Numbered from the stretch's first letter, positions 29,018-39,417 are shown. The stretch: 64,000 nt of DNA from Herpetosiphon geysericola (GCF_001306135.1 NZ_LGKP01000040.1:88726-152725), one strand, 5' to 3'. The notes: a model not told the origin generated them from the sequence alone. A program made the numbers and translations.

Positions 29018-29599
29018 ATGGCCTACGCAACAAAAGATGAGTTTCGCGCTTATAAGCTTCAACCCAATGGTGGCACAACACCGATTCCAACCACCGATGA
29101 CCTGCTGATCACGCGTTTGCTTGGCGTGGCCCAAGCAGAGATTGATCTGTATTGTCACCGTTCGTTTGAGGCCGTGACCACCACGCGCTTTTATGATGAA
29201 GCCAATGCGCGGATGGTGGGCCAGCGCTTATACCTTGATACCGAGTTGTTGACCGTGACCAGCCTCATGAATGGTGATGGGCGGGAGATCCCGTTGACTG
29301 GCTTCCGATTGGAGCCGCGCAACGAACCGCCCTACACCATGATCACGCTCAAATCATCGTGGGTCTGGTTTCTGAACCTTGATGCTGAAATCGCGATCAC
29401 GGGTACTTGGGGCTACAGCGCGACAGCACCAGCGCCGATTCAACAGGCCACGCTTGAGTTGACTGCCTACTTGTATGACCTGCGCAAGCAGCAAAACTAC
29501 GATGTCACGGCGATGCCAGAGCTGGGCCAAGTCGTGATTCCAGGGGGCATGCCCAAGCACGTCAAGAACTTGATGGCTGAATACCGGAGGAAATGGTAG
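29018..29599 (+). CDS. putative head-tail connector/adaptor protein
   Basis: Synteny only. Confidence 0.35.
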   Translation: MAYATKDEFRAYKLQPNGGTTPIPTTDDLLITRLLGVAQAEIDLYCHRSFEAVTTTRFYDEANARMVGQRLYLDTELLTVTSLMNGDGREIPLTGFRLEPRNEPPYTMITLKSSWVWFLNLDAEIAITGTWGYSATAPAPIQQATLELTAYLYDLRKQQNYDVTAMPELGQVVIPGGMPKHVKNLMAEYRRKW

Positions 29600-30040
29600 A
29601 TGCTGACCGACATCATTGATGCCATGCAAACCATTCATCGGGCTGTAACGGGGGTGGTTACCGCGCCACCCTTAGCCGAATACCCCGATAGTCTTGAGCC
29701 AATGCAATGTCCGTTTGTTATGACGTGGGTTGGTGGTGGCTCGTGGGATGAAGCGGCCATGGGCTTACATAAAGACGAAACCACGTTCCGCGTGCTTGTG
29801 CTGATTGCGCCCGTTGCGCTTGGCATTATCGGGTCATTGCTCAGTAGTAGCACCCAGTTGCTTGATGCGTTTCGCCATCTCTATTTGGACTATGAAAACA
29901 TTCAAACGCTTGGCGGCACGGTGGAGCAATGCGGAACCATCACGCACGAAGGCTTGCAAATCATCACCTATGCGGGTGTGGAGTGGCGTGGGTTTATGCT
30001 CACGATCCCCACGATCCTGAAGGAAATCAAAACACCATGA
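29600..30040 (+). CDS. putative tail completion/head closure protein
   Basis: Synteny; ATGA overlap with the next gene. Confidence 0.35.
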   Translation: MLTDIIDAMQTIHRAVTGVVTAPPLAEYPDSLEPMQCPFVMTWVGGGSWDEAAMGLHKDETTFRVLVLIAPVALGIIGSLLSSSTQLLDAFRHLYLDYENIQTLGGTVEQCGTITHEGLQIITYAGVEWRGFMLTIPTILKEIKTP

Positions 30041-30384
30041 TTGAATTTATTGGCGGTGATCACTCCTATTGGCGTGTTCCAGCCCGCGACTTAACGCCTG
30101 AGGAATATGCACAGGCAACTGAAGGTTTGAATGAAGAGGAATTGGCGTTAGTGGCAACGCTCTATGCAGCAACTGACGATCAATCCGAGCCAGAGCCAGA
30201 ACCGGAACCAGAAGAGCCTGCGCCGGAGCCAGAGCCAGAAGAGCCTGCGCCGGAGCCAGAGCCAGAAGAGCCTGCGCCGGAGCCAGAGCCAGAACCGGAG
30301 CCAGAGCCAGAACCGGAGCCGATTGACCCTGAGCCTAGCCCTGAACCAGACCCTGATCCTGAAGAACCAGAACCGGAGGGATAA
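30037..30384 (+). CDS. Pro/Glu tandem-repeat structural protein
   Basis: Start ATG overlaps the upstream stop (ATGA). C-terminus is EPEPEPEEPAPEPEPEEPAPEPEPEEPAPEPEPEPEPEPEP, encoded by 27-bp tandem repeats at 30189-30320. Confidence 0.45.
   Translation: MIEFIGGDHSYWRVPARDLTPEEYAQATEGLNEEELALVATLYAATDDQSEPEPEPEPEEPAPEPEPEEPAPEPEPEEPAPEPEPEPEPEPEPEPIDPEPSPEPDPDPEEPEPEG
30189..30330. repeat. in-gene tandem repeat (27-bp unit gagccagaagagcctgcgccggagcca, about 3 copies, plus gagccagaaccg hexapeptide-coding units)
   Basis: Direct reading of the sequence; it produces GSGSGS-type spurious ORFs on the other strand. Confidence 0.7.
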
Positions 30385-30387
30385 CCA

Positions 30388-31374
30388 ATGGCAATTACTC
30401 CAACAGGCAAAGCCTATAAATTGCGCCAGCTGCAAGCTGGCAAACAAACCGCATGGGATACCGCTGTTGCGGCCACCATTAAGTTGATGGAACTCACCGA
30501 TGCAACCTTGACCATTGAAGCGGAAACTGAGATGCAGCAAGCCATGGGCACGTTAGCCCCTGCTACCTCTGCTGATATTGTGGGCGTTTCTGGGAAGGTC
30601 ACCATTGAAGGCAGTTGGACATTTGAAGATGCGCCAATCTATTTGCAAGCCTTGTTTGGTGCCGTCGCGCCAAGCGGCGCTGGCCCCTATGTCCGCGCCT
30701 ACACCAGCCCACACCAAGCCGCTTACAGTGCCGAGGCTTATACCTTCGAGTTTGGGATGGCTGGTGGCTTGTACCAAGCAATTAATTGCGTGCTGAGCAT
30801 GCTTGAAATCAAGATCGTCAAGAAGAAAACCACCACCTTCAAGGCGGAATTCTTGTGCTCAAACATCCAAGTCTTGCCGAGCTTGACGGTGCTATCCGAT
30901 CGCAATGTAACTCGTGTGCGCGCACGCGATACCGTCATCAGTCTGGACCCATGGGGCGGCACGATTGGCACCACTCCACTCACTGGCACCGTGCTAGAAG
31001 CAACGATCAAGATTCAATCTAATGCCCACTTGAAGGAATTTGTCGGGGCCTTATATGCCACTGGCTACGGTATTGATGCATGGTCAGGTGATATTGAAGT
31101 CAAAGCCGAATTTACTACGGTAATTAAAGCCGAAATTGATGCCATCTTGGCAGCCAATACCGTGCAACGCTTGCTGCAATTCAAGTCCACGCGTGGCACC
31201 CAGATCGACCAGTCCAATATCACAGCAGTGCTTGATGGCAGCGGCCAAGTGCTCTATGACGATAACGATGGCAACGTGGGTGTGACGATGAAATACAAGC
31301 CCATGCACAACATCGCGCTGGCCTATTGGCTTCAAATGACCAACACTAATACGGTTGCGGTCTTAGCGGTATAA
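30388..31374 (+). CDS. putative major tail (tube) protein
   Basis: 328-aa ORF at the canonical position before the chaperone/TMP; beta-rich composition. Confidence 0.45.
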   Translation: MAITPTGKAYKLRQLQAGKQTAWDTAVAATIKLMELTDATLTIEAETEMQQAMGTLAPATSADIVGVSGKVTIEGSWTFEDAPIYLQALFGAVAPSGAGPYVRAYTSPHQAAYSAEAYTFEFGMAGGLYQAINCVLSMLEIKIVKKKTTTFKAEFLCSNIQVLPSLTVLSDRNVTRVRARDTVISLDPWGGTIGTTPLTGTVLEATIKIQSNAHLKEFVGALYATGYGIDAWSGDIEVKAEFTTVIKAEIDAILAANTVQRLLQFKSTRGTQIDQSNITAVLDGSGQVLYDDNDGNVGVTMKYKPMHNIALAYWLQMTNTNTVAVLAV

Positions 31375-31387
31375 GGATGATTTTCTG

Positions 31388-31888
31388 ATGACCAAGATTT
31401 TGTTTCCAGACATCGACCCCAATGCACGTGGGTCATACACCAAAGACGCTGAGCGCCAAGCCATCCGCGCTGCCTACCAAGAAGCCGTGACCGAATTTAA
31501 TGAAGCCGTGGATAGCTTCAATGCAGCTCGTGAAGCTGCTTCTATCAGTGCTGTGCAAGATGCTCAAGCTTTGCTTGAGCGGGCCATAGCCGCCAACGAT
31601 GAAGAGGTCATTGCATCGGCCAAGCAATCCTTGATCGACTTGAACGAAGCGATTACCGCCGAGGCCGTGACGGCGCTGCAAGAGGCAACCAATGCCCTTG
31701 GTTTCGCGCGCAAAGACTTGAATGCCAAGCGTGCTGCATGGGAAGCCTATGTGCATGCCCATCTTGTCACTGATGATGGCAGTGACTTGAGCGCAGCGCT
31801 GAACGAGATCACGATCAACGAAATGAATGATCTGATTTATGGCGCTGCCAAAGAGGTAACAATCCCAAACTTGAACGGCGGCAACTGA
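31388..31888 (+). CDS. tail assembly chaperone (gpG-like)
   Basis: Acidic 166-aa protein directly upstream of the tape measure; slippery site near its 3' end. Confidence 0.45.
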   Translation: MTKILFPDIDPNARGSYTKDAERQAIRAAYQEAVTEFNEAVDSFNAAREAASISAVQDAQALLERAIAANDEEVIASAKQSLIDLNEAITAEAVTALQEATNALGFARKDLNAKRAAWEAYVHAHLVTDDGSDLSAALNEITINEMNDLIYGAAKEVTIPNLNGGN

Positions 31889-32073
31889 TTGGCTGGTTAG
31901 AAGGCTATGAAGATGAGCCGCCGCTCTGGGTGATTTATGCGCTGATGGCGGAGGACTATCACACCACGCCATGGCAGATTGAAGCAGAGGCTTCAGCGCT
32001 GTGGGTTGCACGCTGGCGCACGTTGAATTTTGAGCGATCACAGTATCGGAAACGGCAGGCAGGCGATGAGTGA
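31864..32073 (+). CDS. -1 frameshift extension of the tail assembly chaperone (gpGT-like product)
   Basis: Heptamer C_CCA_AAC (31864-31870) sits in the 0 frame of the chaperone. The -1 frame is open from 31831 to the stop at 32071-32073 and overlaps the TMP start. Confidence 0.4.
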   Translation, partial: PKLERRQLIGWLEGYEDEPPLWVIYALMAEDYHTTPWQIEAEASALWVARWRTLNFERSQYRKRQAGDE

Positions 32074-35000
32074 CAAAATTGTAACCGTCACAATTAAAGG
32101 GGACGATCAGCTCACGCCTGCAATGCGCGACGGCGCTGATGGTTTAGAGGCATTGCAAAAGGCTGCTGATGAGGCAGCCAAAGCCCAGCGCGAGCTTGAG
32201 CAAGAATCTAATAAGCAACGGCAGCAGCAGGAAAAAAGTACGGCAGCGGTGCGTTATACCCGTGGGGAGCTAGAGCAAGCAGGCGCTTCGACACTCAAAT
32301 TTGAGGGGTCGGTCACCAAACTCTCGGATAAGTTGCAACGTGAAGTGCGCGAACTGGGCATCTTGACCAAAGAGTTAAACCAGCTGCAACAGGCCGAGAA
32401 TGCTAGTGCTTCTGCCGTTGCGCGCAAGGAATTAGCCGTTGATAAAATGACGGCTGAATTGCAACAGGCGATTCAAAAAGAACGCGAATTAGCAACCGTT
32501 ACTAAAGACACAGCAACGGCAACCCAAGATTCAGCCAGTAAGCTCGATGGCTTAGTTGATGGTATCAATAAGCTCAGCGGTGCAATGGCTGCTGTGCAAA
32601 CAGGCAAACAAATCTTAGACTTTACCAAGGAAGGGGCTGCGGCGCTTGGCATATCGAAGTCCTTCGATGGCTTGTCCGCATCCGTGGGCAAGACCAGTGA
32701 TACCTTCCTGAATGAATTGCGCACGGCCAGCAACGGCTATATCAAGGATACCCAGCTGATGCAGACCGCTAACAAGGCGGTGCTGCTCGGTGGGCAAGAT
32801 ATGGCCACGGCGCTGCCAACGTTGCTCAAGATTGCAGGTGCTTCAGCGCGTGCTACGGGCGAAGACTTTCAGTTTATCTTCGATAGCTTGGTCACTGGGA
32901 TTAGTCGTGGCAGTGTTGAAATCTTAGATAACGCAGGCCTCACGATTAACCTAGCCAAGGTACAAGATGACTATGCCAAGTCACTGGGTAAAACTACTGA
33001 TCAACTCACCGATGTAGAGAAGAAGCAAGCGCTGTTGAATGAGGTGATTGGCAAGGGCGAAGGATTCGTTGAGAAGATTGGCCCGAGCAGCGATGCTGCT
33101 GGTGGCGCATTGCAACGGCTTGAAACGCGTTTCCAAAACCTTGGCGATAAGATCAAGGCTCTCTCAGCGATTGGGCTAGAGAATTTCCTAACCGGTGGGC
33201 AGTTTGAGCGCGATCAAACTCAAAAAATCCTAGCTACTGGCCAAACCTACGAAAAATACATGCAAGGGGTTGATGCTGCTAACAAGGCGGCCAAACCTGG
33301 GCTTGTTGAAAATATGGCCCTTACCGGGCAATTTGGTGAGGCAGTTCGACAACTCACCATGACATATGGTGGTTTAGGCCAACAAGTTACGGCGTTAACT
33401 CCTCAGCAATGGGAGCTTAGCCAAACCTTCCAAGCCAATGGCATGAGCACCTTACAGGCTGATGCTGCTGCGCGCCAATTGGCAAGTGGTTCATCAGAGT
33501 TGAGTGGCGTGCTTAATCAATTGGTGGCTGAAGGCGACTTGACCAAGCAAACCATGGAAGTCATGGAGGAACGCATTACAGGGCTTGCTGTTGCGCACCC
33601 AGAACTGATTGACCAAATAAGCAATCTTATTACTCAGTTTCAGGATGGCACAATCTCAAGTGATGAATTTCGTATCAAGCTTGATGAGCTAACCAACAGC
33701 AATATGACGGCAGCGCCTGCAACGCAAGAGCAAGCTCTGGCAATGGGCTTCCTCAAGAGTGAAACCGATGCAGTAACAGCCAGTGTCTTTTTGCTTGATA
33801 GTGCCACCTATGAAAATACTGAACGCCAGTTTGCAGCTGCTGTTGCAGCCCAAGAGCAAGCAATGTGGCAACGCGATTTGCAATATGCGCTTGACCTTGC
33901 AGCAGAAAGTAGCGATGGACAGTCAGCAGCGGTTGCCTATCTCGTGAATGCCTATGGGATTGAAGAGTCTAAAGTTATTAGTCTCATCAATCTCTATGGT
34001 CGCCTGAACCAACTTAAAGGTGGCAAGGTTGCACGCGATATGGCTGACGTGCCGCGTGCTGAACAAAAAGTCTATGTACCACCACCCAAGAAAGTCAGCG
34101 GCGGTTCAGGCCGGAGCAAAGGCGCTGGCAGCAACGGCAAATCCGAGGCGGTGCGCGAAGCCGAGCGCGAAGCCAAAGAGCTAGAGAAAGTCCAAGATCG
34201 ACTTAACAAGGAATTCGACAAGGCTAACAAGCAACGCGAGAAGATGGATCAATCGCACGTTGCTGAAGTCAAGAAGATTTGGGATCGCTGGCGTGCCGAG
34301 GAATTGGCCGCAACCGAGAAATTCAACACTGACAAGTTTCAAGATCGCGTGGCTAATGCCAAGTCATTGGTTGATGTTGACCAAGACCTCTGGGACGAAG
34401 CCCAGAAAATGCAAGTGGAATTCTGGGATAAGTCACAAAAGATTGCCCAAGAAGGTGATGCCCAAAAGGCTGACGAATTCCTAAAAGCTGCCAATGAGTA
34501 CACGGCGATGAAAACGCAGCATGCCCAAGAGCTACGCGATCTCGATGCCAAGATTGCCGCTGAAGAGGATGCTGCCGAGAAGCAAAAGCTGCAACAAAAG
34601 CAACAACGGCTCAAGGACATCTACGCCGAAGAGGAAAAACTGGCAGGCGAAAATCTCGACAAGATTCTCCTTGGCCAAGAAGAGATCGACAAGGCGCGTG
34701 ATGATGCGTTGGCCAAGGAGAATGCCGATTACACCAAGGCCCAACAAGACTTAGCAACTTCATTTGCTGAGAATGTGCAAGAGGTTGTGAAGTCAAGTGA
34801 TAAGGTCAAAGACTCGATTAGCGGCTTAGCCGATCATTTGATTAGCGAGTTTGCTCGCATCAGCGCAGCGGCGGCAATGCCCGTGGCTGGCCCTGCTGCT
34901 GAGCCAGCGGTTGATGGGTCGCATGCCTTGGGCTTGAAGCGCGTGCCGTTCGATAACTACATTGCACGACTGCACAAAGATGAACGCATCTTGACCCGTG

Positions 35001-35251
35001 ATGAGGCCAAGGCTCACGATCAGATGGTAGCAGGCAATCAGCAAAGCAAGCGCGTGCCGCTGACACCGAGCCGCTCGTCAATGCCAGTTGGCTCGTCAGT
35101 CAACATGAGCATGCCGCTGATCTTCAATGGCAATAAGCCAGCAGCGGCACCAGCGTTGACCACGATGCAACGGGAGCTTGAAGCTGCCGTGAAACCAATC
35201 GTTGATCGCTATATCGAACAAGACCGAAAACGCAAGATTATGCGAGGATAA
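32030..35251 (+). CDS. tail tape measure protein
   Basis: 1073 aa, highly alpha-helical and coiled-coil rich, canonical position. Alternative start at 32066. Confidence 0.8.
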   Translation: MSDHSIGNGRQAMSDKIVTVTIKGDDQLTPAMRDGADGLEALQKAADEAAKAQRELEQESNKQRQQQEKSTAAVRYTRGELEQAGASTLKFEGSVTKLSDKLQREVRELGILTKELNQLQQAENASASAVARKELAVDKMTAELQQAIQKERELATVTKDTATATQDSASKLDGLVDGINKLSGAMAAVQTGKQILDFTKEGAAALGISKSFDGLSASVGKTSDTFLNELRTASNGYIKDTQLMQTANKAVLLGGQDMATALPTLLKIAGASARATGEDFQFIFDSLVTGISRGSVEILDNAGLTINLAKVQDDYAKSLGKTTDQLTDVEKKQALLNEVIGKGEGFVEKIGPSSDAAGGALQRLETRFQNLGDKIKALSAIGLENFLTGGQFERDQTQKILATGQTYEKYMQGVDAANKAAKPGLVENMALTGQFGEAVRQLTMTYGGLGQQVTALTPQQWELSQTFQANGMSTLQADAAARQLASGSSELSGVLNQLVAEGDLTKQTMEVMEERITGLAVAHPELIDQISNLITQFQDGTISSDEFRIKLDELTNSNMTAAPATQEQALAMGFLKSETDAVTASVFLLDSATYENTERQFAAAVAAQEQAMWQRDLQYALDLAAESSDGQSAAVAYLVNAYGIEESKVISLINLYGRLNQLKGGKVARDMADVPRAEQKVYVPPPKKVSGGSGRSKGAGSNGKSEAVREAEREAKELEKVQDRLNKEFDKANKQREKMDQSHVAEVKKIWDRWRAEELAATEKFNTDKFQDRVANAKSLVDVDQDLWDEAQKMQVEFWDKSQKIAQEGDAQKADEFLKAANEYTAMKTQHAQELRDLDAKIAAEEDAAEKQKLQQKQQRLKDIYAEEEKLAGENLDKILLGQEEIDKARDDALAKENADYTKAQQDLATSFAENVQEVVKSSDKVKDSISGLADHLISEFARISAAAAMPVAGPAAEPAVDGSHALGLKRVPFDNYIARLHKDERILTRDEAKAHDQMVAGNQQSKRVPLTPSRSSMPVGSSVNMSMPLIFNGNKPAAAPALTTMQRELEAAVKPIVDRYIEQDRKRKIMRG

Positions 35252-35253
35252 CC

Positions 35254-37143
35254 ATGGGAGCAAGCGAACCCTTATACGTTGCGTTGCGCACGGCTGATAA
35301 TCTCAAGAGCGTCAACCTAACGGATTCAACCAAATACTTCTGGCCCAAAGAGGGAGAATGGATACCTATGGTTGGGCTATCCAATAGCGACGGCTACAGC
35401 GATGTTACCGAGTCAATCCCGTTGCAGGCGATTGGCGCGACTGGCGCCATTGTGGCAGCGAACGTGCGCGCCGTGGTAGAGTTGCTGCATCAGGCCCAGC
35501 GTTGGAAGGATGGCGATGATGTAAGCCCCGTGATTATGGACATCATCATGCCTGGCTCGAACCCAGCGAAAATCTTGAGTCAGATCATCAAAGACTGGGA
35601 TGGCAGTCTCTTTGGTGATACAACCTTTGATCATATCAACGTGCGCAAACAAGCCAACATGACCTTGAATCTCACACGAGCTGGTGTGTGGTATCACACC
35701 AGCTACCGCTATTCAAACCTGTGGACAGAAACCGATTTTGGCACCGTGGCACCAACCACGGTTAATAATGGCGTAACGGCTTCAGTAATCGCTATGTCTG
35801 GCTTCTATGGTGGCCGTGCCTACTTGCAGCTGACCAAAGCAAGCGTGGCAGCAGCCAATAGTTATCCCAGTAGTCTTGGCTATCCCGTTACCGCTGGCCA
35901 AACCTATACCTTGGTGTTTAGTCATAGCCATACCAATATCACGAGCGCAGACGTACAACTCGTGCGTGCTGGCCCTGTTGGCGTTTCTGGCGCACCAGTA
36001 ACGATTAGTTTATCGACGACTGCCATTGATACTGATCCCCGGCGATTTGCGGCCACCTTTGTGAGCAGTTTTACGGGCACGGTCTACCCCTATTTTCAGT
36101 TTTCAGGGCCAAGTGGAGCAACCTTTCGCATTGCGGAAATAATGCTCTTGACTGGCTCACAACTCACTGAGCTGTGGCATCCCCAATATGGTGAATTGGT
36201 TAATGCAATCGCCTCAGCATCAAGCACGTCGCCAGACCTTGGGAATTTGCAATGGCGTTGGTCACATGCTGCTTATTCGCCCGTAGAAATGACCATACAG
36301 CGCACAAACGGACAGCTTGATTATCGTCACCCTGCCCAATTCCTAATATTTAGTGATAAGCAAACAGGGCTTACGCCTGGCTACAGTGTTGAATACACCT
36401 CATATACTGGCACCTATGGCGCGCCATTTACGCAGGCCTTAGAAGGTGATGCATTTGGCGGTGCCGTTTTGCGCTATACCCCAGTTGGGACAGCGGTGGC
36501 CAAGTCAGCATGGGCATGGCTACCCAATGCCTCTGGTGGATTCTCGGCATGGAATGGCCTGCTGAATATCCTTGCTGGCCTTCGCAACAATTCACCAAGC
36601 ACCACCTTCACAGTATGGATAGAAATTGCAGACTATACCGATATTGTGATTGCAGAAACGCCCAAGCGCGTCATTGCTGCCAACGCAACAACCCCAACGT
36701 GGTACCTGCTCGGCGTGGCAAGTGTGGCACGGCGACGCACGGCGGCCAAATGGCGCTGGTGTGTACAAGCAAGCGCAGCAAGCGGCACGATTGATCTGAA
36801 TCCAGCATTGTTTGCGAAGATTCAGCCAGGTGCAAAAGTCGTTCAAACCGATGTGCTTGACCTTGGATCAACCAAAAACTTTACCAAGATCGTCATCGAT
36901 CACCAGCTGCTGGCTGATCGTGGGCCATCAGTCAGTACGTACAACGATGGCGTATCGCCTGTTATCGATACGCCATTTAGCTGGTGGACAAATCCAATGA
37001 TTCAGATGACGGGCGATAAGCTCTATGGCTATATGTTGGCCATGAACGGCGCGAAGTGGAAGACCTATCTGACTGGCGGCTCAACCGTGCAAACATGGCA
37101 GATGACCGCGCGCCGCCTGCCAGCCTATCCAACAGCGGAGTAA
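35254..37143 (+). CDS. tail tip protein (distal tail / baseplate-like)
   Basis: 629-aa ORF directly after the TMP. Confidence 0.45.
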   Translation: MGASEPLYVALRTADNLKSVNLTDSTKYFWPKEGEWIPMVGLSNSDGYSDVTESIPLQAIGATGAIVAANVRAVVELLHQAQRWKDGDDVSPVIMDIIMPGSNPAKILSQIIKDWDGSLFGDTTFDHINVRKQANMTLNLTRAGVWYHTSYRYSNLWTETDFGTVAPTTVNNGVTASVIAMSGFYGGRAYLQLTKASVAAANSYPSSLGYPVTAGQTYTLVFSHSHTNITSADVQLVRAGPVGVSGAPVTISLSTTAIDTDPRRFAATFVSSFTGTVYPYFQFSGPSGATFRIAEIMLLTGSQLTELWHPQYGELVNAIASASSTSPDLGNLQWRWSHAAYSPVEMTIQRTNGQLDYRHPAQFLIFSDKQTGLTPGYSVEYTSYTGTYGAPFTQALEGDAFGGAVLRYTPVGTAVAKSAWAWLPNASGGFSAWNGLLNILAGLRNNSPSTTFTVWIEIADYTDIVIAETPKRVIAANATTPTWYLLGVASVARRRTAAKWRWCVQASAASGTIDLNPALFAKIQPGAKVVQTDVLDLGSTKNFTKIVIDHQLLADRGPSVSTYNDGVSPVIDTPFSWWTNPMIQMTGDKLYGYMLAMNGAKWKTYLTGGSTVQTWQMTARRLPAYPTAE

Positions 37144-37148
37144 GCGCC

Positions 37149-38873
37149 ATGCAGCATTTTTCAGTTTTGATTTTCGATTTGCCAACATCCAAAGGTGGGC
37201 GCTTACTTGCTGATTATTCAAGTCGCTGTCAGCCAGTCTTTACCACGTCAGAAAAAGGCTTCGAGACCTGTACCTTCGAGCTGTCGATCGCTGAAGATGA
37301 GCAGTTGTTTTGGTATCGCCGCCGCCTGGCATGGTTGCGGATTGAAGCATTTGGGCTGGTCGTGTGGGAGGGGCAAATACGCGAGCCAAATGTTTCTCGG
37401 CGCTATCTCTCAGTTACCGCCTATGGCAGCGCCATTAGCTATACCGATATTCCATACACCGCACTGTGGAGCAGCACACGGTATAGTGATTGGCAACCAG
37501 TCACGCGGCAAATGGTTAATTCGCGCAACGATACGCGGTATAGCATTGATACCACCGATCGGCTCTACATTGCTGCCAATGGTGGCGATGGGATTGATTC
37601 ATCGAATATTGGATCGCTGTATTTGAAAACACCTGATGGTGGCTCAAAGCCAATCATCGCTATCACAGCCGATTATGAAGTGCTCGGCAAGACCAACATA
37701 TGGACAGCATCACTGTCTCGGTTTGATGCCAACTTCAATTTTCTATCAACGATCTGGACAGTCACCGGAACCGGAGCAGTAGCCACTGGCAACATCAACT
37801 TGTCTGGCCTTACACCATGTGACATGCTGATGTTTAATTTCTACTTGAATCGGCCAAGCACAACGCTTGGCACGACCATCATTGCAGGCACGCGCACGGT
37901 CACGCCGGGCAGTATGACTGGGATTGTGGTTGGCTCAAAACTCTCGATCGGTGGGGCTAATCCTGAGGAGGTCACCGTTACAGCGATAACAGGCACGACC
38001 TTCACCGCTATCTTCCAGTATGCCCATGCCAATACTGATGGCGTTTCGTTTATCTGGGAAGGTGAAACCGATGATTGCTATCTCAAGCTGACCAACGTGC
38101 GCGTGAAGACCACGAGTAGCACCAACTTGTACCCAGACGAGATCATCAGGGATATGATCGCCGCAACCGCAGCGCTGAACCCAAATTGGTGCAACACCAA
38201 TGCCATGCTGATTAGCAGCTCGGCAATTGAAATGCGGGACGTGCTCTATGAAGATCAATATCCACTCGACATTGCAGACCAACTGATTGGCCTTGGTGAT
38301 ACAACCGGCAACAGTTGGGAATTCGCTGTGTGGGAGGACATGCAGGTTACGTATGGGCGGCGTGGGGTGAGAGGCCGGATTTGGTATGTTGATCAAACAC
38401 CGGAGATTAGCAGAGCACTTGATCGGCTGTATAACTCTGCCTATGCCACCTATACCGATAGCGCGGGCATCGTTCGTCGCACAGCGATCAGCACCAACGC
38501 TGGTAACGTGGCAGCTTATGGCATCACACGGCGGGCAGCGGTACAGGCTGATACTGATAATAGTGTGGTTGCGGGACAAATTCGCGATACTGCGCTTGGG
38601 GATACGCTCGATGCAGGGGCGTATGGCGATGTGCCGATCATGGGGTTGTTTGATATTTATGGCAGCTATTATCCGCTCTGGATGTGCCGAGCTGGCGATA
38701 CTGTGGTTATGAGAGGTGGGCCATTCGGCTACACATCAGCCAGCGACAAATCACGGGCCTTCATCATTGCGGCTACCAGCTATGATGCTGCTAGTGGGGA
38801 GCTGCATGTATCACCCGAAGCACGTGGGCCGAGGCTAGCGGGGTATGAGGCGCGGCGGCAGTTGGTTAAATGA
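37149..38873 (+). CDS. tail protein (tail-associated / receptor-binding candidate)
   Basis: About 575 aa with RBS ggag before MQHFSV. Last gene of the structural operon. Confidence 0.45.
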   Translation: MQHFSVLIFDLPTSKGGRLLADYSSRCQPVFTTSEKGFETCTFELSIAEDEQLFWYRRRLAWLRIEAFGLVVWEGQIREPNVSRRYLSVTAYGSAISYTDIPYTALWSSTRYSDWQPVTRQMVNSRNDTRYSIDTTDRLYIAANGGDGIDSSNIGSLYLKTPDGGSKPIIAITADYEVLGKTNIWTASLSRFDANFNFLSTIWTVTGTGAVATGNINLSGLTPCDMLMFNFYLNRPSTTLGTTIIAGTRTVTPGSMTGIVVGSKLSIGGANPEEVTVTAITGTTFTAIFQYAHANTDGVSFIWEGETDDCYLKLTNVRVKTTSSTNLYPDEIIRDMIAATAALNPNWCNTNAMLISSSAIEMRDVLYEDQYPLDIADQLIGLGDTTGNSWEFAVWEDMQVTYGRRGVRGRIWYVDQTPEISRALDRLYNSAYATYTDSAGIVRRTAISTNAGNVAAYGITRRAAVQADTDNSVVAGQIRDTALGDTLDAGAYGDVPIMGLFDIYGSYYPLWMCRAGDTVVMRGGPFGYTSASDKSRAFIIAATSYDAASGELHVSPEARGPRLAGYEARRQLVK

Positions 38874-38874
38874 C

Positions 38875-38911
38875 AAAAAAGATAGCTTGATCTGATCAAG
38901 CTATCTTTTTT
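38875..38911. terminator. bidirectional intrinsic terminator
   Basis: AAAAAA-gatagcttgatc-t-gatcaagctatc-TTTTTT perfect palindrome between convergent genes. Confidence 0.65.
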
Positions 38912-38934
38912 GTACAAATTCTAGCTATAAATAA

Positions 38935-39360
38935 CTAGAAAAACATAGTCAAAATAAAATCTATAATTGGAGCTACAAATAGTCTTACTATCCAAAAACC
39001 TACCATCCCAAAGCCAAATCCCAGAATCACCGATAAAGGAAACTCAATATCTTTTGAACCCGTGCCATTTCCATAGTTTAATAAGCTAACAATAATAACA
39101 AACGCCCAATAAACTATGAATATAAATCCATCAATTTTATCTTCTCTCGTCCAAGAACTCGATGAAACAGAATTTCCCGTACTAAAGGATTCATAAGAAG
39201 TTGGTTTAGAATTTGATGACCCACTGCTATTTCTGCGCTCGTTCATTCCTTCCTGCAATCCCTCATAATATGCCTTTGAGTGAACAAAAGGAATTCCTGA
39301 TTTACCATCTCGACCTGCAATTCTTCCTTCAATTCGATCTTGTTCTGTAAACTTTGACAT
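38935..39360 (-). CDS. AT-rich moron: membrane protein with Ser-rich middle and 2-3 C-terminal TM helices
   Basis: Markedly lower G+C than its neighbours. Bracketed by a strong terminator and a 22-bp perfect hairpin. SGSSNSKPTSYESFSTGNSVSSSS low-complexity region, then hydrophobic helices. Confidence 0.45.
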   Translation of the reverse strand: MSKFTEQDRIEGRIAGRDGKSGIPFVHSKAYYEGLQEGMNERRNSSGSSNSKPTSYESFSTGNSVSSSSWTREDKIDGFIFIVYWAFVIIVSLLNYGNGTGSKDIEFPLSVILGFGFGMVGFWIVRLFVAPIIDFILTMFF

Positions 39361-39417
39361 AATTCCTCCAGGGGCGAGGTGAAGATTGGTAATCTATCCT
39401 ATCATGCACGTCAAGCT

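Noticed and set aside
30164-30540. ORFs 30180..30410(-) (GSGSGS repeat protein), 30164..30487(+) and 30148..30540(-)
   Set aside because: All are alternative-frame or antisense read-throughs of the 27-bp EPEP-coding tandem repeat. They are low complexity, have no RBS and overlap a syntenic structural gene.
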